Shown here one piece after another: positions 1-10,233 of a DNA stretch of 64,000 bases (position 1 is its first letter; each line of letters begins with the position of its first letter). The DNA is from an uncultured delta proteobacterium (GTDB taxonomy: Bacteria; Desulfobacterota; BSN033; UBA1163), in contig CAWHBU010000004.1 in NCBI GenBank assembly GCA_963827685.1, forward strand, positions 288,001 through 352,000. Reading direction: 5' to 3'. A model generated the notes under the pieces. The model ran no database searches. It was not told where the DNA came from and saw only the letters and a list, made by a program, of their open reading frames with translations. The position numbers were made by a program, and so were the translations under genes.

Positions 1-228
<228 letters not shown>

Positions 229-362
229 GAAGGGGAGCGGAGATGACATCGAGGCCCGAAAGCGGATGGTGAAACATCTGGTCGGGACTAAGGACTAATT
301 TCTCTATTGAGAATAATTAGCTTGCAAAGAGAAAAAAATCCCAAATTAGAGGAGAGCGAGCA

Positions 363-2174
363 ATGAGTGATGAAACCCTTCTGGCCTATTTCCAGAGACA
401 TGTTAAGGAACATCCCAATCGAGTCGCATTGCGACATAAAGATTATGGGATCTGGCACGATGTCACCTGGGGTCAATATGAAGAAAAAGTGAGGCAGGTC
501 GCCATGGGACTCATCAGCCTCGGTCTCAAAAAAGGGGAGTGCGTTTCCATCATTAGTGAGAATCGACCGGAATGGGTCTATTCTGATTTTGGGATTATGT
601 TCGCCGGTGGAACCACGGCAGGGGTTTATACGACCAATGCGGCAGAACAGTGTGGATATATCGTCCAGAACTCTGGATCGAGATTCTATATTGCAGAAAA
701 TGAGGAGCAATTCGATAAGACCCTGAAATTCAGAAAGGACAATCCGCATTTGGAGAAGGTCATCGTCATCGAAATGGAAGGATTGAAACGCTATAAGGAT
801 CCAATGTTGATGAGCTTCGATGACCTGTTGAAGCTGGGAAAAGAGTTCGATGAAAAAAATCCCGGACTTTTTGAGAAACGGGTGAAGGAGGTCGGACCTG
901 AAGACCTGGCTGTTCTCATCTACACTTCCGGCACGACAGGTCCTCCCAAAGGGGCGATGCTCACTCATCAGAATCTTCTCTATATGAGTGAGGCGATGGT
1001 TGATGCCAATCCCGTTAAAGATGGTGACGAGACCCTTTCTTATCTTCCTCTTTGTCACATCTTTGAGCAACTCTACACCGTGATGATCAACATCCGTTAC
1101 GGGACGGTCGTCAATTTTATTGAAAGTCCTGATACGGTTATGGATAACATGAAGGAGGTTTCACCAACGGTCACCTGTGGTGTCCCTCGGATCTGGGAAA
1201 AATATGCTTCAGGGATTATGATTCGGATGTCGGATGCCACCTGGTTTAAGCGTATGGTTTTCAAGGCCTGTATGGGAATTGGAATGAAATATGCCGGGTT
1301 GAAACTGAATTTTAAGCCTATTCCTCCATACTTAAAGTTGGCTTACATAGCGGCTTATGTGGCTGTTTTCCGGAAGCTCAAGGAACGATTGGGTTTTGAT
1401 CGTGTAAGAGTTGCCTACTCCGGAGCAGCGCCTATTTCACCGGATGTCCTGAAGTTCTTTAATGCCGTTGGCCTCCCACTGATTGAGGGGTATGGCCAGA
1501 CTGAGGGTACAGGCGTCACAACCGTCAGTCGCAAAGGTCACCTTAAGATCGGTAGGGTCGGACAGCCCCTGCCAGGGGTGGAGGTCAAGATCGCTCCCGA
1601 TGGAGAGATACTTGTCAAGGGCCCAGGCATTTTCAAGGGTTATTTTAAAAACCCTGAGGCCACCGCGGAGACGCTCAAAGATGGTTGGCTTCATTCAGGG
1701 GACGTGGGAGAGTTGGATGGGGATGGATTTTTAAAGATCACCGACCGGAAGAAAGATTTAATCATCACTGCGGGTGGGAAAAATATTGCTCCTCAGAATA
1801 TTGAGAACCAACTCAAGTTCAGCCCTTATATCAATGATGCGATCGTGATTGGCGATCGGCGGAAATTTCTCGCTGCCCTCATTGCCATCGACGAAGAAAA
1901 CGTGATCAAATATGCTCAGGACAACAAGATCCAATTCGGCACTTATGGCAGCCTCACGCAGGCCCCGGAGATCAAACAACTGATTCAGAAAGAAGTGGAT
2001 AGGGTGAATAAGACACTTGCCCAGGTGGAGCAAGTTAAGAAATTTACCATTATCCCCAAGAAACTTTATGAGGAAGATGGTGAAGTGACGCCCACGATGA
2101 AAGTGAAACGAAAGTTCATCAATGAAACCTATAAGGATATCATCGAGAAGATGTACCGCTCAGGAGGAGGATAG
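363..2174 (+). CDS. Long-chain fatty acid--CoA ligase (AMP-forming, FAA1-like, ABC-transporter-associated type)
   Basis: YTSGTTGPPKG, EGYGQTE, GWLHSGDVG, ITDRKKDLIITAGGKNIAP, TPTMKVKR motifs; GAGGAG RBS. Confidence 0.95.
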   Translation: MSDETLLAYFQRHVKEHPNRVALRHKDYGIWHDVTWGQYEEKVRQVAMGLISLGLKKGECVSIISENRPEWVYSDFGIMFAGGTTAGVYTTNAAEQCGYIVQNSGSRFYIAENEEQFDKTLKFRKDNPHLEKVIVIEMEGLKRYKDPMLMSFDDLLKLGKEFDEKNPGLFEKRVKEVGPEDLAVLIYTSGTTGPPKGAMLTHQNLLYMSEAMVDANPVKDGDETLSYLPLCHIFEQLYTVMINIRYGTVVNFIESPDTVMDNMKEVSPTVTCGVPRIWEKYASGIMIRMSDATWFKRMVFKACMGIGMKYAGLKLNFKPIPPYLKLAYIAAYVAVFRKLKERLGFDRVRVAYSGAAPISPDVLKFFNAVGLPLIEGYGQTEGTGVTTVSRKGHLKIGRVGQPLPGVEVKIAPDGEILVKGPGIFKGYFKNPEATAETLKDGWLHSGDVGELDGDGFLKITDRKKDLIITAGGKNIAPQNIENQLKFSPYINDAIVIGDRRKFLAALIAIDEENVIKYAQDNKIQFGTYGSLTQAPEIKQLIQKEVDRVNKTLAQVEQVKKFTIIPKKLYEEDGEVTPTMKVKRKFINETYKDIIEKMYRSGGG

Positions 2175-2344
2175 CATAGCGCAGAGCGCATAGAGCATAG
2201 CGAGGAGAAGCACCAGATCCCAAGCACCAAATAACAAACAAATTCCAATGTTCAAATTCCAAAATTCCAAAGAAAATAATTTTGGTCATTGAAAATTGGT
2301 GCTTAGAATTTATTTGGGATTTGGAACTTGGAGTTTGGGATTTT
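2173..2344. repeat. 7-bp-periodic repeats: (A/C)GCA(T/G)AG x4, then an AAATTCC/AAGCACC-type imperfect inverted-repeat hairpin
   Basis: agcatag-cgcagag-cgcatag-agcatag (2173-2200); left arm aagcacc-agatccc-aagcacc-aaataac...aaattcc pairs with right arm ...ttgggatttggaacttggagtttgggatttt. Confidence 0.8.
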
Positions 2345-2353
2345 GGTCTCAAG

Positions 2354-3121
2354 TTATCGCCATCGTTTCTTTTTCTTCCACCTCTGGTATCCTTTCATCG
2401 ATTCCTCTGATCGAATACCCAGGTAGAACTCCTTCACATCTTCATCTTCCAAAAGGATATTGGGGGTATTGGCCGCGACAATCCTTCCATTCTCGAGCAC
2501 AAATGCGTAATTCGAGATCTTCAAGGCCATCTTCGCATTTTGCTCAACGAGAAGGATGGTTGTCCCTTCCGCATTGATCGTTTTAATGATTCTGAAGATT
2601 TCTTGGACAAGGATTGGAGATAGCCCCAGCGAAGGTTCATCCATCATCAGAAGTTTGGGTCTGGTCATCAATGCTCTGCCAATGGCGAGCATCTGCTGTT
2701 CTCCTCCGCTTAATGTACCAGCCCACTGACCCTTCCTCTGGCAAAGGATAGGGAAATGGGTGATCACCCGATCGTAATCTTCCTTCACCCCTTTTTTATC
2801 CTTCCGGATATAAGCTCCCATCTTCAAGTTTTCATCGACACTCAATTCAGGAAAGACTTCCCTTCCCTCCGGCACATAAGAAATTGCCAGGTGAACGATT
2901 TCCTCTGCATCCTTTCCATCAATCCTCTTTCCGAGAAATTCGATGGTTCCTTTATCCGGTTGGTCCTCAAGAAGTCCCATAATGGTCTTCAGGATCGTCG
3001 TCTTCCCAGCACCATTGGCTCCCAGAATGGCGGCGATCTGTCCTTCCTTAACTTCTAAGGAGACTCCCCTGATCGCCATGATCAGTCCATAGAGGGTTTC
3101 GATGTTTTTGACCTTAAGCAA
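2354..3121 (-). CDS. livF: Liv-type (HAAT) ABC transporter ATP-binding subunit, LivF-like
   Basis: GANGAGKTT Walker A, LSGGEQQMLAIGRALM, DEPSLGL; likely TTG start at 3121 overlapping the upstream stop; basic KGYQRWKKKKRWR tail. Confidence 0.92.
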   Translation of the reverse strand: MLKVKNIETLYGLIMAIRGVSLEVKEGQIAAILGANGAGKTTILKTIMGLLEDQPDKGTIEFLGKRIDGKDAEEIVHLAISYVPEGREVFPELSVDENLKMGAYIRKDKKGVKEDYDRVITHFPILCQRKGQWAGTLSGGEQQMLAIGRALMTRPKLLMMDEPSLGLSPILVQEIFRIIKTINAEGTTILLVEQNAKMALKISNYAFVLENGRIVAANTPNILLEDEDVKEFYLGIRSEESMKGYQRWKKKKRWR

Positions 3122-3896
3122 CCTTTTCCTCCTCACCCAGATAAGCCTTAAGAACTTCCGGATGCTTCTGAATCTCTTCTGGTAAGCCTTCTGCAATTCT
3201 CTCCCCGTAATTTAAGGTCAAGATTCGGTCGGATATATCCATGATCAAATTCATGTCATGCTCCACAAGAAGAACGGTGATGCCGAGGTCGTCACGAATA
3301 TCCTGAATTGAGAACATCAAGTCTCCTTTTTCCTCCATATTCATTCCGGCCGATGGTTCATCTAAAAGGATGACTTCTGGCTCCAGTGCTAAGGCGCGGC
3401 CGAGTTCTACAAGTTTTCGAGTCCCGTAGGGCAGATTTATAACAAACTGATTTCTTGCGGCCTGCAACTCAAGAAAGTCAATCACTTCTTCCACCTTCCC
3501 TCTATGTTCAATCTCCTCCCTGGCTGCCTTTGAACCCTTATAAATGAAAGTCGCACCTCTCCAGACCCCTGTCTTCATGTGAAGGTGACGGCCCAACATG
3601 AGATTATCCATGGTGCTCATGTGAGAAAAAAGTTCAATGTTTTGAAATGTCCTGGCAATCCCCTTTTTGGCAACCTGGTAAGGTTTTAAAAAGGTGATGT
3701 CTTCTCCTTTGAAGGAGATCTTTCCGGAATTGGGTTGATAAATTCCACTGATGCAATTGAAGATAGTGGTCTTTCCGGCTCCATTCGGTCCGATGATGGA
3801 ATAGATGGCCCCTTTCCCCACTTCAAAGCTGACATTGCTCAATGCTCTGATGCCGCCAAAAGAGATCGTCAGGTTTTCTATTTTCAGTATACTCAT
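3114..3896 (-). CDS. livG: Liv-type ABC transporter ATP-binding subunit, LivG-like
   Basis: GPNGAGKTT, ARTFQNIELF, LPYG, EHDM, AYLG. Confidence 0.93.
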   Translation of the reverse strand: MSILKIENLTISFGGIRALSNVSFEVGKGAIYSIIGPNGAGKTTIFNCISGIYQPNSGKISFKGEDITFLKPYQVAKKGIARTFQNIELFSHMSTMDNLMLGRHLHMKTGVWRGATFIYKGSKAAREEIEHRGKVEEVIDFLELQAARNQFVINLPYGTRKLVELGRALALEPEVILLDEPSAGMNMEEKGDLMFSIQDIRDDLGITVLLVEHDMNLIMDISDRILTLNYGERIAEGLPEEIQKHPEVLKAYLGEEEKVA

Positions 3897-3951
3897 CGCT
3901 TATGGGTCTTCCCGCTCTTTGATGTGATTCTTCTGCCCATGGATTCACATA

Positions 3952-4027
3952 ACCCCACCTATCCTCCCCTTACCTTAAGGGGAGGTACATCCCCCTCTTA
4001 GGTTAAGAGGGGGAGAGGGGGAGTTAC
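3952..4027. repeat. REP-like compound palindrome (CCCCT..AGGGG type)
   Basis: cctccccttaccttaaggggagg and ccccctcttaggttaagaggggg hairpins. Confidence 0.7.
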
Positions 4028-4091
4028 TTCCATCCGCTGCACCCTTATGTGCACTGCAAAGCTATCCATTCTATCTATGAGACTGCTATAT

Positions 4092-4118
4092 GTACGGGCG
4101 GCCCAAGTTGGCCGCCCC
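4092..4118. repeat. GTA-led REP-like palindrome
   Basis: gtacgggcggcccaagttggccgcccc. Confidence 0.5.
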
Positions 4119-4183
4119 CAAGAAATTCTTCTCCCTCTATCACCTGCCATAGTCAAGTAGGAAAGGGGATTTTTTGCGAAAGT

Positions 4184-5356
4184 CTACTTCGTGATCCTTA
4201 TCCAATCCGTGAGCTTCTCAATCGTCCCGTCTGGGCGGACCTTCCCGTAAAAGACGTGTTTAGCTCCTTGCCTCTCTGTAGCGCTATAGGTGATGGGCGC
4301 ACCGATCCCCTGCCAATTCTTCAAGCTTTCCTCGGCCTTAATCCAACTCTCTGTTGTTAAATTCCTTCCTGCCCTCCTTAGCCCTTCAACAAAGGGTTCA
4401 GCAAAGGCGATGCCTGCATAATAGAACGTGCCCCATCTTTCCTGAGGTTCCAGCTTCTTATGCCATTCGCGATATTTCACCATCAAAGGATGATTGGAAT
4501 CTGGTAATTCACTGAAGAAAGAATTGATCATCCCGGCCCACAAGCCCTTTGTGATTTGCATCATGAGAGCTGAATCAGAGAGGGTATTACTCGTTGCCCA
4601 TTGCGGCCTAAACCCGATTTTAGCCGTTTCGCCTAAAATCAATGCCGCATGGGTCGGCATGGCCCACATGACCACAGCTTCTGCTCCAGAATCCTTGAGC
4701 TTCAAGGCGTGGGTGCTCAGGTCGCGGTCCGTCATTTCGGCTGAAATCTTAGCGACCAGATCGATCTTTTTGTCTTTCAGATACCGCTCAACCCCCATCA
4801 ACCCTTGCTTTCCATAATCGTCGTTCTGATAGAACATGGCCAGTTTTTTTAAACCCAATTTTTCGTGAAGATACCCCGTCAGGTTATATGCTTCATCATC
4901 ATAAAGTGGATATATAGCAAATAGATATCTTTGGAAAGGCTGAATCCAATTGTACACTCCAGTAACTGGACTAGCCCAGGGGACCTTGTTCTCCATGAAG
5001 TAATCCCGCACAGTCATACCCGGTCCAACCCCAACGCCTCCCACGACAGCAAATACCCCAATATCCTCCACGAACTCCTTGCCAATGGCTTTGGTTTTTG
5101 CTGGCTGGTAAGCATCGTCGCGAAGAAAATATTTTAACTTCCTCCCGTGGATTCCCCCCTCTTCATTAATAATCTTGAAGAATAACCCTGTTCCTCTGGC
5201 AACAGCGCCCCAAGGGGCAGCTGGTCCGGTCTGTGGTCCCCACTGACCAACAAGAATTTCGGTATCCGTCACACCGCGTTCAGCTGAGACCGGCGTCGTC
5301 ATTAAAAAAGCCGCTACTATCAATAGACCCAGAAAAACCAAAGTTCTATTCAACAT
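4184..5356 (-). CDS. ABC transporter substrate-binding protein (type I PBP, Leu/Ile/Val-binding family)
   Basis: Signal peptide, GPQTGPAA, INEEGGIHGRK, DDAYQPAKT, YQNDDYG. Confidence 0.92.
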   Translation of the reverse strand: MLNRTLVFLGLLIVAAFLMTTPVSAERGVTDTEILVGQWGPQTGPAAPWGAVARGTGLFFKIINEEGGIHGRKLKYFLRDDAYQPAKTKAIGKEFVEDIGVFAVVGGVGVGPGMTVRDYFMENKVPWASPVTGVYNWIQPFQRYLFAIYPLYDDEAYNLTGYLHEKLGLKKLAMFYQNDDYGKQGLMGVERYLKDKKIDLVAKISAEMTDRDLSTHALKLKDSGAEAVVMWAMPTHAALILGETAKIGFRPQWATSNTLSDSALMMQITKGLWAGMINSFFSELPDSNHPLMVKYREWHKKLEPQERWGTFYYAGIAFAEPFVEGLRRAGRNLTTESWIKAEESLKNWQGIGAPITYSATERQGAKHVFYGKVRPDGTIEKLTDWIRITK

Positions 5357-5407
5357 TTTTCCTCTTCCTCCTTTCTAATGTTAATGGTTCATTAGTGAGC
5401 AATGAAG

Positions 5408-5473
5408 GAGATTGCTTCGGCTTCGCCTCGCAATGACAGAAGGGGTGTCATTCCGAGCAAAGTGAGCAATCTC
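5408..5473. repeat. Palindromic element GAGATTGC...GCAATGAC / GTCATT...GCAATCTC (REP/RPE-like)
   Basis: Terminal gagattgct/agcaatctc inverted repeat with inner ctcgcaatgaca/tgtcattccgag arms. Confidence 0.75.
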
Positions 5474-5524
5474 GCTTTTGAATCCGTAAATCAATGACTC
5501 AATCACCTCCTTTTCCACCAGGGG

Positions 5525-6397
5525 TTAAACTTTCTTTACATAATGTTTGGCCAAGAGTCCACTTGGCTTGATGCACAACATCAGCACAATGATGGCAAAA
5601 GCTACGACAGATTTGAATGCCAGCGAAACATACCCGCCGAAAAGATTTTCAATGATCCCCAACATCGCGCCCCCAACGGCTGTACCGGGCAAGCTGGTCA
5701 TCCCCCCTAAGACTCCAGACGCAAACCCCTTCAGAAGAGGATCCATCATCATCGGAGGATCCAGTACGCCAAGGGCGGCAATGAGCATGCCGGCCGCTGC
5801 GCCAACCATCGAACTGATTGCCCAGGTGAAGGAGAGGATCCACTTGGTACGGATGCCCATGACTCGAGCGGCCAGCTGATTCTGTTGAGTGGCTCTCATG
5901 GCAGTGCCCAGTTTGGTATAACGGAAAAAGAGGAAGAGGATAAACATCAGAACCAGTGAGATCAAAATGGTCCAGAAGTTGATCTTGCTGATGATTAGCC
6001 CATGGAAATTGTAAGCCTCTATATTGGAAACTGGAAAAGGAAGTGATTTCTGATCAGGTCCCCATTTCCATCCAACGAATCCCATGAGAATCATTTCAAA
6101 ACCGAGGGTAATGATAATGAGCCCTATTACCGTTGGGTCCTTGGCCTGTCTCAAAAAGACAAGTTCAAAGAACATGCCCAAAAGGATAGCAAACAAAAAT
6201 GTGAAAACGACTGCCCATTCGAAAGGTACATGATAAGTTTCAAGGAGAGAAAAGGTCACAAACGTACTGATCATGGCCATTTCCCCCTGGGCGAAGTTAA
6301 GCACCTCAGAGGATTTGTAGATAATGACCATGGCGAGAGCCAGTAGGGCATAACAGGCTCCAACTGCCAAACCACTCACAATCAACTGACCAAACAT
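5525..6397 (-). CDS. livH: Liv-type ABC permease, LivH-like
   Basis: GACYALLALAMVIIYK, NFAQGE, G.AMRA, VLGG; ATG at 6397 after GGAG. Confidence 0.92.
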   Translation of the reverse strand: MFGQLIVSGLAVGACYALLALAMVIIYKSSEVLNFAQGEMAMISTFVTFSLLETYHVPFEWAVVFTFLFAILLGMFFELVFLRQAKDPTVIGLIIITLGFEMILMGFVGWKWGPDQKSLPFPVSNIEAYNFHGLIISKINFWTILISLVLMFILFLFFRYTKLGTAMRATQQNQLAARVMGIRTKWILSFTWAISSMVGAAAGMLIAALGVLDPPMMMDPLLKGFASGVLGGMTSLPGTAVGGAMLGIIENLFGGYVSLAFKSVVAFAIIVLMLCIKPSGLLAKHYVKKV

Positions 6398-6408
6398 ATT
6401 TTTCTCCA

Positions 6409-6473
6409 AATGCGGATTTCGGATTGCGGATTTCGGAATTCAATCCGCATTCCACATTCCGAATTCCGAAATT
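6409..6473. repeat. 7-bp-periodic inverted-repeat hairpin (T(G/T)CGGA(T/A) units) between livM stop and livH RBS
   Basis: tgcggat-ttcggat-tgcggat-ttcggaa / atccgca-ttccaca-ttccgaa-ttccgaa. Confidence 0.85.
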
Positions 6474-7533
6474 AAAAAGGCCATGTCTTCCAGTAGCGTT
6501 TGTTTCGAATCCAGAATCCAAATATTCCTAAGGGCTCAAAGAGAACAATCAAAATCATGATCAATCCATAAACAATGACAGCCACATTAGAAATCCCGGC
6601 GATGCTCATATATTTCTGTGAAAAGGTGACCAACGCAGGTCCAATGGCTGGGATATCCTGAATGACCTGAAGTTTGATGTCGAGAAAAGTCATGAGGGCA
6701 GCTCCGGCAATAGAGCCCATGACGGATCCCAGGCCACCCACGACGACCATGGCCAGGAAGGTAATCGACATGATGAGATGAAAACTCTCAGGATTGATGA
6801 ATCCAAGGATAAAAGCGTAGAGTCCCCCTGCAACTCCTGTATAAAAGGCACTCACCGCAAAAGCCAGGGTCTTGTAATAGGTGAGGTTGACTCCCATCGC
6901 TTCCGCAGCGATATCGCTATCCCGAATCGCGATGAAGGCCCGTCCCACCCTTGTCTTGATCAACTTGACTGCTCCTATTGTCATCAGAACGGCGATGATC
7001 ATGATCACGTAATAATAATGCATATCCTTCATTGGAGTTCCAAAAAGATAGAGTTTTGGGGCTTGAAGTCCCATCCTTCCTCCAAAGAATTCCATATGCT
7101 TGATAATGGTGGTGATCGTCATACCGAAACCAAGAGTTGCGATAGCGAGATAAGGACCCTTGAGACGAAGGGCTGGAAGTCCCAAAATAAATCCGAAGGC
7201 GGAGGAAACAAACCCTGCAATGGGAAGGGCAATCCAAAGAGGGAAGCTCCACCTCAAGATGAGGATGACGGTTGTGAAGGCTCCCAGAGCAAAGAATCCG
7301 GCATGGCCCATCGATATCTGGCCGGTATACCCCACGAGGATATTCAAACCGATGGCAACAATGGCATTGATGGTGATGAGATTAACAATATAAAGGGACA
7401 TCCCCAAAAGGTGATATTTTGTCACGAGCCAGGGCAAGATTCCTAAAAAGATGAGAAATAAGATGGACCAAACGAGGATGGTATTGCTTTTAAAAAGTTC
7501 AATATCTTCGTAATAACTACGCTTGATATCCAT
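6472..7533 (-). CDS. livM: Liv-type ABC permease, LivM-like
   Basis: GLNILVGYTGQISMGHAGFF, RLKGPYLAIATLGF, GRAFIAIRD, VVGGLGS. Confidence 0.93.
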   Translation of the reverse strand: MDIKRSYYEDIELFKSNTILVWSILFLIFLGILPWLVTKYHLLGMSLYIVNLITINAIVAIGLNILVGYTGQISMGHAGFFALGAFTTVILILRWSFPLWIALPIAGFVSSAFGFILGLPALRLKGPYLAIATLGFGMTITTIIKHMEFFGGRMGLQAPKLYLFGTPMKDMHYYYVIMIIAVLMTIGAVKLIKTRVGRAFIAIRDSDIAAEAMGVNLTYYKTLAFAVSAFYTGVAGGLYAFILGFINPESFHLIMSITFLAMVVVGGLGSVMGSIAGAALMTFLDIKLQVIQDIPAIGPALVTFSQKYMSIAGISNVAVIVYGLIMILIVLFEPLGIFGFWIRNKRYWKTWPF

Positions 7534-7621
7534 CGAAGATTATCTTCCTTGGGCTTTCACTCTCTGAAAGACCACTGATCGGATCGAAAAATTCTTTGAA
7601 ACGCAGGATGAAAAGGAACCA

Positions 7622-7652
7622 CATGCTAAAATCATAAGGTACATTTTGTCAA
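7622..7652 (-). promoter_or_regulatory. Putative sigma70 promoter of the first ABC operon
   Basis: Minus strand TTGACA-18 nt-TAGCAT upstream of livM. Confidence 0.45.
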
Positions 7653-7737
7653 CCCCCTTTTTAAGATATCCTTTAAACAAAGTCAATGGGTTCCGTTCAT
7701 TGCGGCGTGAATAATGTCCTCATTTGAGATGGGTGCC

Positions 7738-9243
7738 CTAATCCTCGAATCGAAGAGTGCGCTTGAGGATCTTGCCGGTATGGCTCTTGGGTAGCTCCTT
7801 CGCCAACTGAATTCTTCTCGGGTATTTATAGGGTGCAACTCGTTCTTTGACGAACTGTTTCAACTCTTCCGGTGTGGCGCAAGCTCCCTGGCGAAGCACG
7901 ACAATTGCGGCCACCTCTTCCCCCAAATCGAGATGGGGAACTCCCACCACTGCAGCTTCAACGACGTCTGGATGGGTGTAAAGAATCTCCTCAATTTCCC
8001 GCGGGTACACGTTATACCCTCCCCGGATGATCATTTCCTTCTTTCGATCCACGATGTAGATGTATCCATCCTTATCCATCCGGGCGAGGTCGCCTGTATG
8101 TAACCAGCCTTCGCGGACAGTTTCGGCAGTGGCCTCGGGTTGGTTGAGGTATCCTTTCATGACGCCGGGTCCGTGGATAATCAGCTCTCCCACCGTTCCT
8201 GGGGGGACGTCTTCATCCTGATCATTCACAATCCGTGCCTCAAATCCAGGGATGGGAAAGCCGATGGATCCAGGTCGTGTTTGGCGACCGAAGGGGTTCT
8301 CCACACACACTGGAGAGCACTCAGTAAGCCCGTATCCTTCGTAGATGGTGGTATGGAAGCGATCCTCGAATCGGCGAAGCACCTCCACTGGAAGAGAGGC
8401 GCCGCCTGAGACACAAAACCGAAGGCCGGATCGCTTCGGTGGACTAACATCGGCTAACTCCGACAATCGGTTGAAAATGGTGGGCACCGCGATCAGGATC
8501 GAACGCTCTTCCTCCTCGATGGCGGAAAACAGCTCCTCAACATTGAAGGTGGACCACAATCGGATGGTCAAACCCAGATAGATAGAAGCGTTGAGTACGC
8601 TCGTCTGGCCAAAAATGTGGTAAAAAGGCAGGACGCCGAAAACCACATCATTGGGTCCAGTGGATCGCATGTTGGCGACGGTCATGGCATTGTTAGCCAG
8701 GTTGTAGTGAGTGAGCATGGCTCCTTTGGGATGACCTGTGGTGCCGCTGGTGTAGACGATGGCCCAGGTGTCGTCATCCCGGGTTGGGTATGGACGAAAT
8801 GTCCCTTCCTGAACGAAGAGTTCCTCCAGAAGGATGAATCCCTCGCCATACGCTACGCCTTGGGCGATGCGCAGATCCATCTTTGGGAGATGTTCCATGA
8901 CTTGGCGAGGGTGTTCCAAATAATCCTTGTGGCCGATGAAGGCCCGTGCGCCGGAGTCCTTAAAAATATGATCGAGTTCTCCCGTTCGATAGAGAAAGTT
9001 TACCGGCACGACCACCGCTCCCACCTTCGCTAAGGCATAGTAAACGATGACCCACTCTATGGAGTTTGGCATCATCAATACGCAGACATCTCCGGGGTGG
9101 AGTCCTGCACGGACGAGTCCATGGGATAGGCGATCCACTTGGCTGTTTAATTCTTCGTAATTGACTGTTCGTTCCAGGAAACGAATGGCTGGATGTTCAG
9201 GCTTCCGCGCAGCGCTCGCAATGAGAAGGTTAGAAATATTCAC
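7738..9243 (-). CDS. Acyl-CoA synthetase (long-chain fatty acid--CoA ligase, FadD/LcfA-like)
   Basis: YTSGTTGHPKG, EGYGLTE, GWLHTGD, RGGYNVYPREIEE, LPKSHTGKILKR; GGAGG RBS. Confidence 0.95.
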   Translation of the reverse strand: MNISNLLIASAARKPEHPAIRFLERTVNYEELNSQVDRLSHGLVRAGLHPGDVCVLMMPNSIEWVIVYYALAKVGAVVVPVNFLYRTGELDHIFKDSGARAFIGHKDYLEHPRQVMEHLPKMDLRIAQGVAYGEGFILLEELFVQEGTFRPYPTRDDDTWAIVYTSGTTGHPKGAMLTHYNLANNAMTVANMRSTGPNDVVFGVLPFYHIFGQTSVLNASIYLGLTIRLWSTFNVEELFSAIEEEERSILIAVPTIFNRLSELADVSPPKRSGLRFCVSGGASLPVEVLRRFEDRFHTTIYEGYGLTECSPVCVENPFGRQTRPGSIGFPIPGFEARIVNDQDEDVPPGTVGELIIHGPGVMKGYLNQPEATAETVREGWLHTGDLARMDKDGYIYIVDRKKEMIIRGGYNVYPREIEEILYTHPDVVEAAVVGVPHLDLGEEVAAIVVLRQGACATPEELKQFVKERVAPYKYPRRIQLAKELPKSHTGKILKRTLRFED

Positions 9244-9402
9244 GACCTTACCTTAACCTCCCTTTCTTATGCCCTCCTGCCAGACCTATGGCAGCCGATC
9301 CCGTCTCTTAATCCATAACCCTCTGCAAGGGATAGGACTTCAGGCAGGAAGAGGACGAGGTGGGTTTCCTGCGGTGAAATGCCCGCAGTTTCATGGGCTG
9401 GA

Positions 9403-10176
9403 TCAGACAGCGAGCTGTCCCCCATCCACTGGGAGAACAATACCCGTGACATACCTGGAAGCTTCCGAGGCCAGGTAAACCACAGCTCCCTTGAGTTCCT
9501 CTGGCTCACCGAATCTGCCCATGGGGACAAGGCTGAGGATTTTCTTTCCGTGGTGGTCTAAAACCCAATGGGTCATGTCGGTGGGAAACCAGCCTGGAGC
9601 AATCGCGTTGACGCGGATGTTGTATTTGGCCCATTTGGCAGCCAGGTCTTTGGTAAAGGTAATCAGTGCTCCTTTGCTGGCGCTGTAGGCAATAGCATCC
9701 GCCGTATCCGATTCCATTCCAATGACTCCCATGACCGAAGCAATGTTAATGATACTCCCGCTTTTCTGTCGGATCATCACTCGTCCAGCAATTTGGGAGA
9801 AGAGAAAAGCGCCGGTCAGATTGGTGCCCATGACTTTTTCCCAACCTTCCAGAGAGTAATCTTCAGGGGTTCCGCCCCAGGTGACTCCAGAGTTGTTGAC
9901 CAAAATATTCAATCGTCCGAATTCCTCCAAAGCCTTGTCTACCACACTCTGGATACTCGCCGGGGATCTCACATCGCAAGCCATGGCTAAAGTTTTTACT
10001 CTCAATTTCGCTAGGTCCTGTGCTGCCTTCTGGCAATTTTCCACCTTCCGCGAGCAGAGTACGATATTCGCTCCAACCTCGGCTAAACCCTCGGCCATCT
10101 TTAAACCGATACCTCTTCCTCCGCCTGTAACGATCGCTACTTTACCGTTCAAATCGAACATCTCCCTGACATTCAT
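9403..10176 (-). CDS. SDR family oxidoreductase (gluconate-5-dehydrogenase/FabG-like)
   Basis: TGGGRGIG, NNSG, YSASK, IAPGWF. Confidence 0.93.
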   Translation of the reverse strand: MNVREMFDLNGKVAIVTGGGRGIGLKMAEGLAEVGANIVLCSRKVENCQKAAQDLAKLRVKTLAMACDVRSPASIQSVVDKALEEFGRLNILVNNSGVTWGGTPEDYSLEGWEKVMGTNLTGAFLFSQIAGRVMIRQKSGSIINIASVMGVIGMESDTADAIAYSASKGALITFTKDLAAKWAKYNIRVNAIAPGWFPTDMTHWVLDHHGKKILSLVPMGRFGEPEELKGAVVYLASEASRYVTGIVLPVDGGQLAV

Positions 10177-10233
10177 GTTCACACCTCAATTTATATATAT
10201 TAATGATAGAAACTCGCTTCTCTGTGTGTTGAC

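Noticed and set aside
288-1070. Long antisense ORFs (e.g. 288-1070, 6778-7446, 30615-31202, 54219-54815)
   Set aside because: They lie opposite well-supported genes and have no motifs; shadow ORFs
2140-2352. 70-aa ORF over the intergenic repeats
   Set aside because: Translation of heptamer repeats (KSQ/PNSK-like periodicity), not a credible protein
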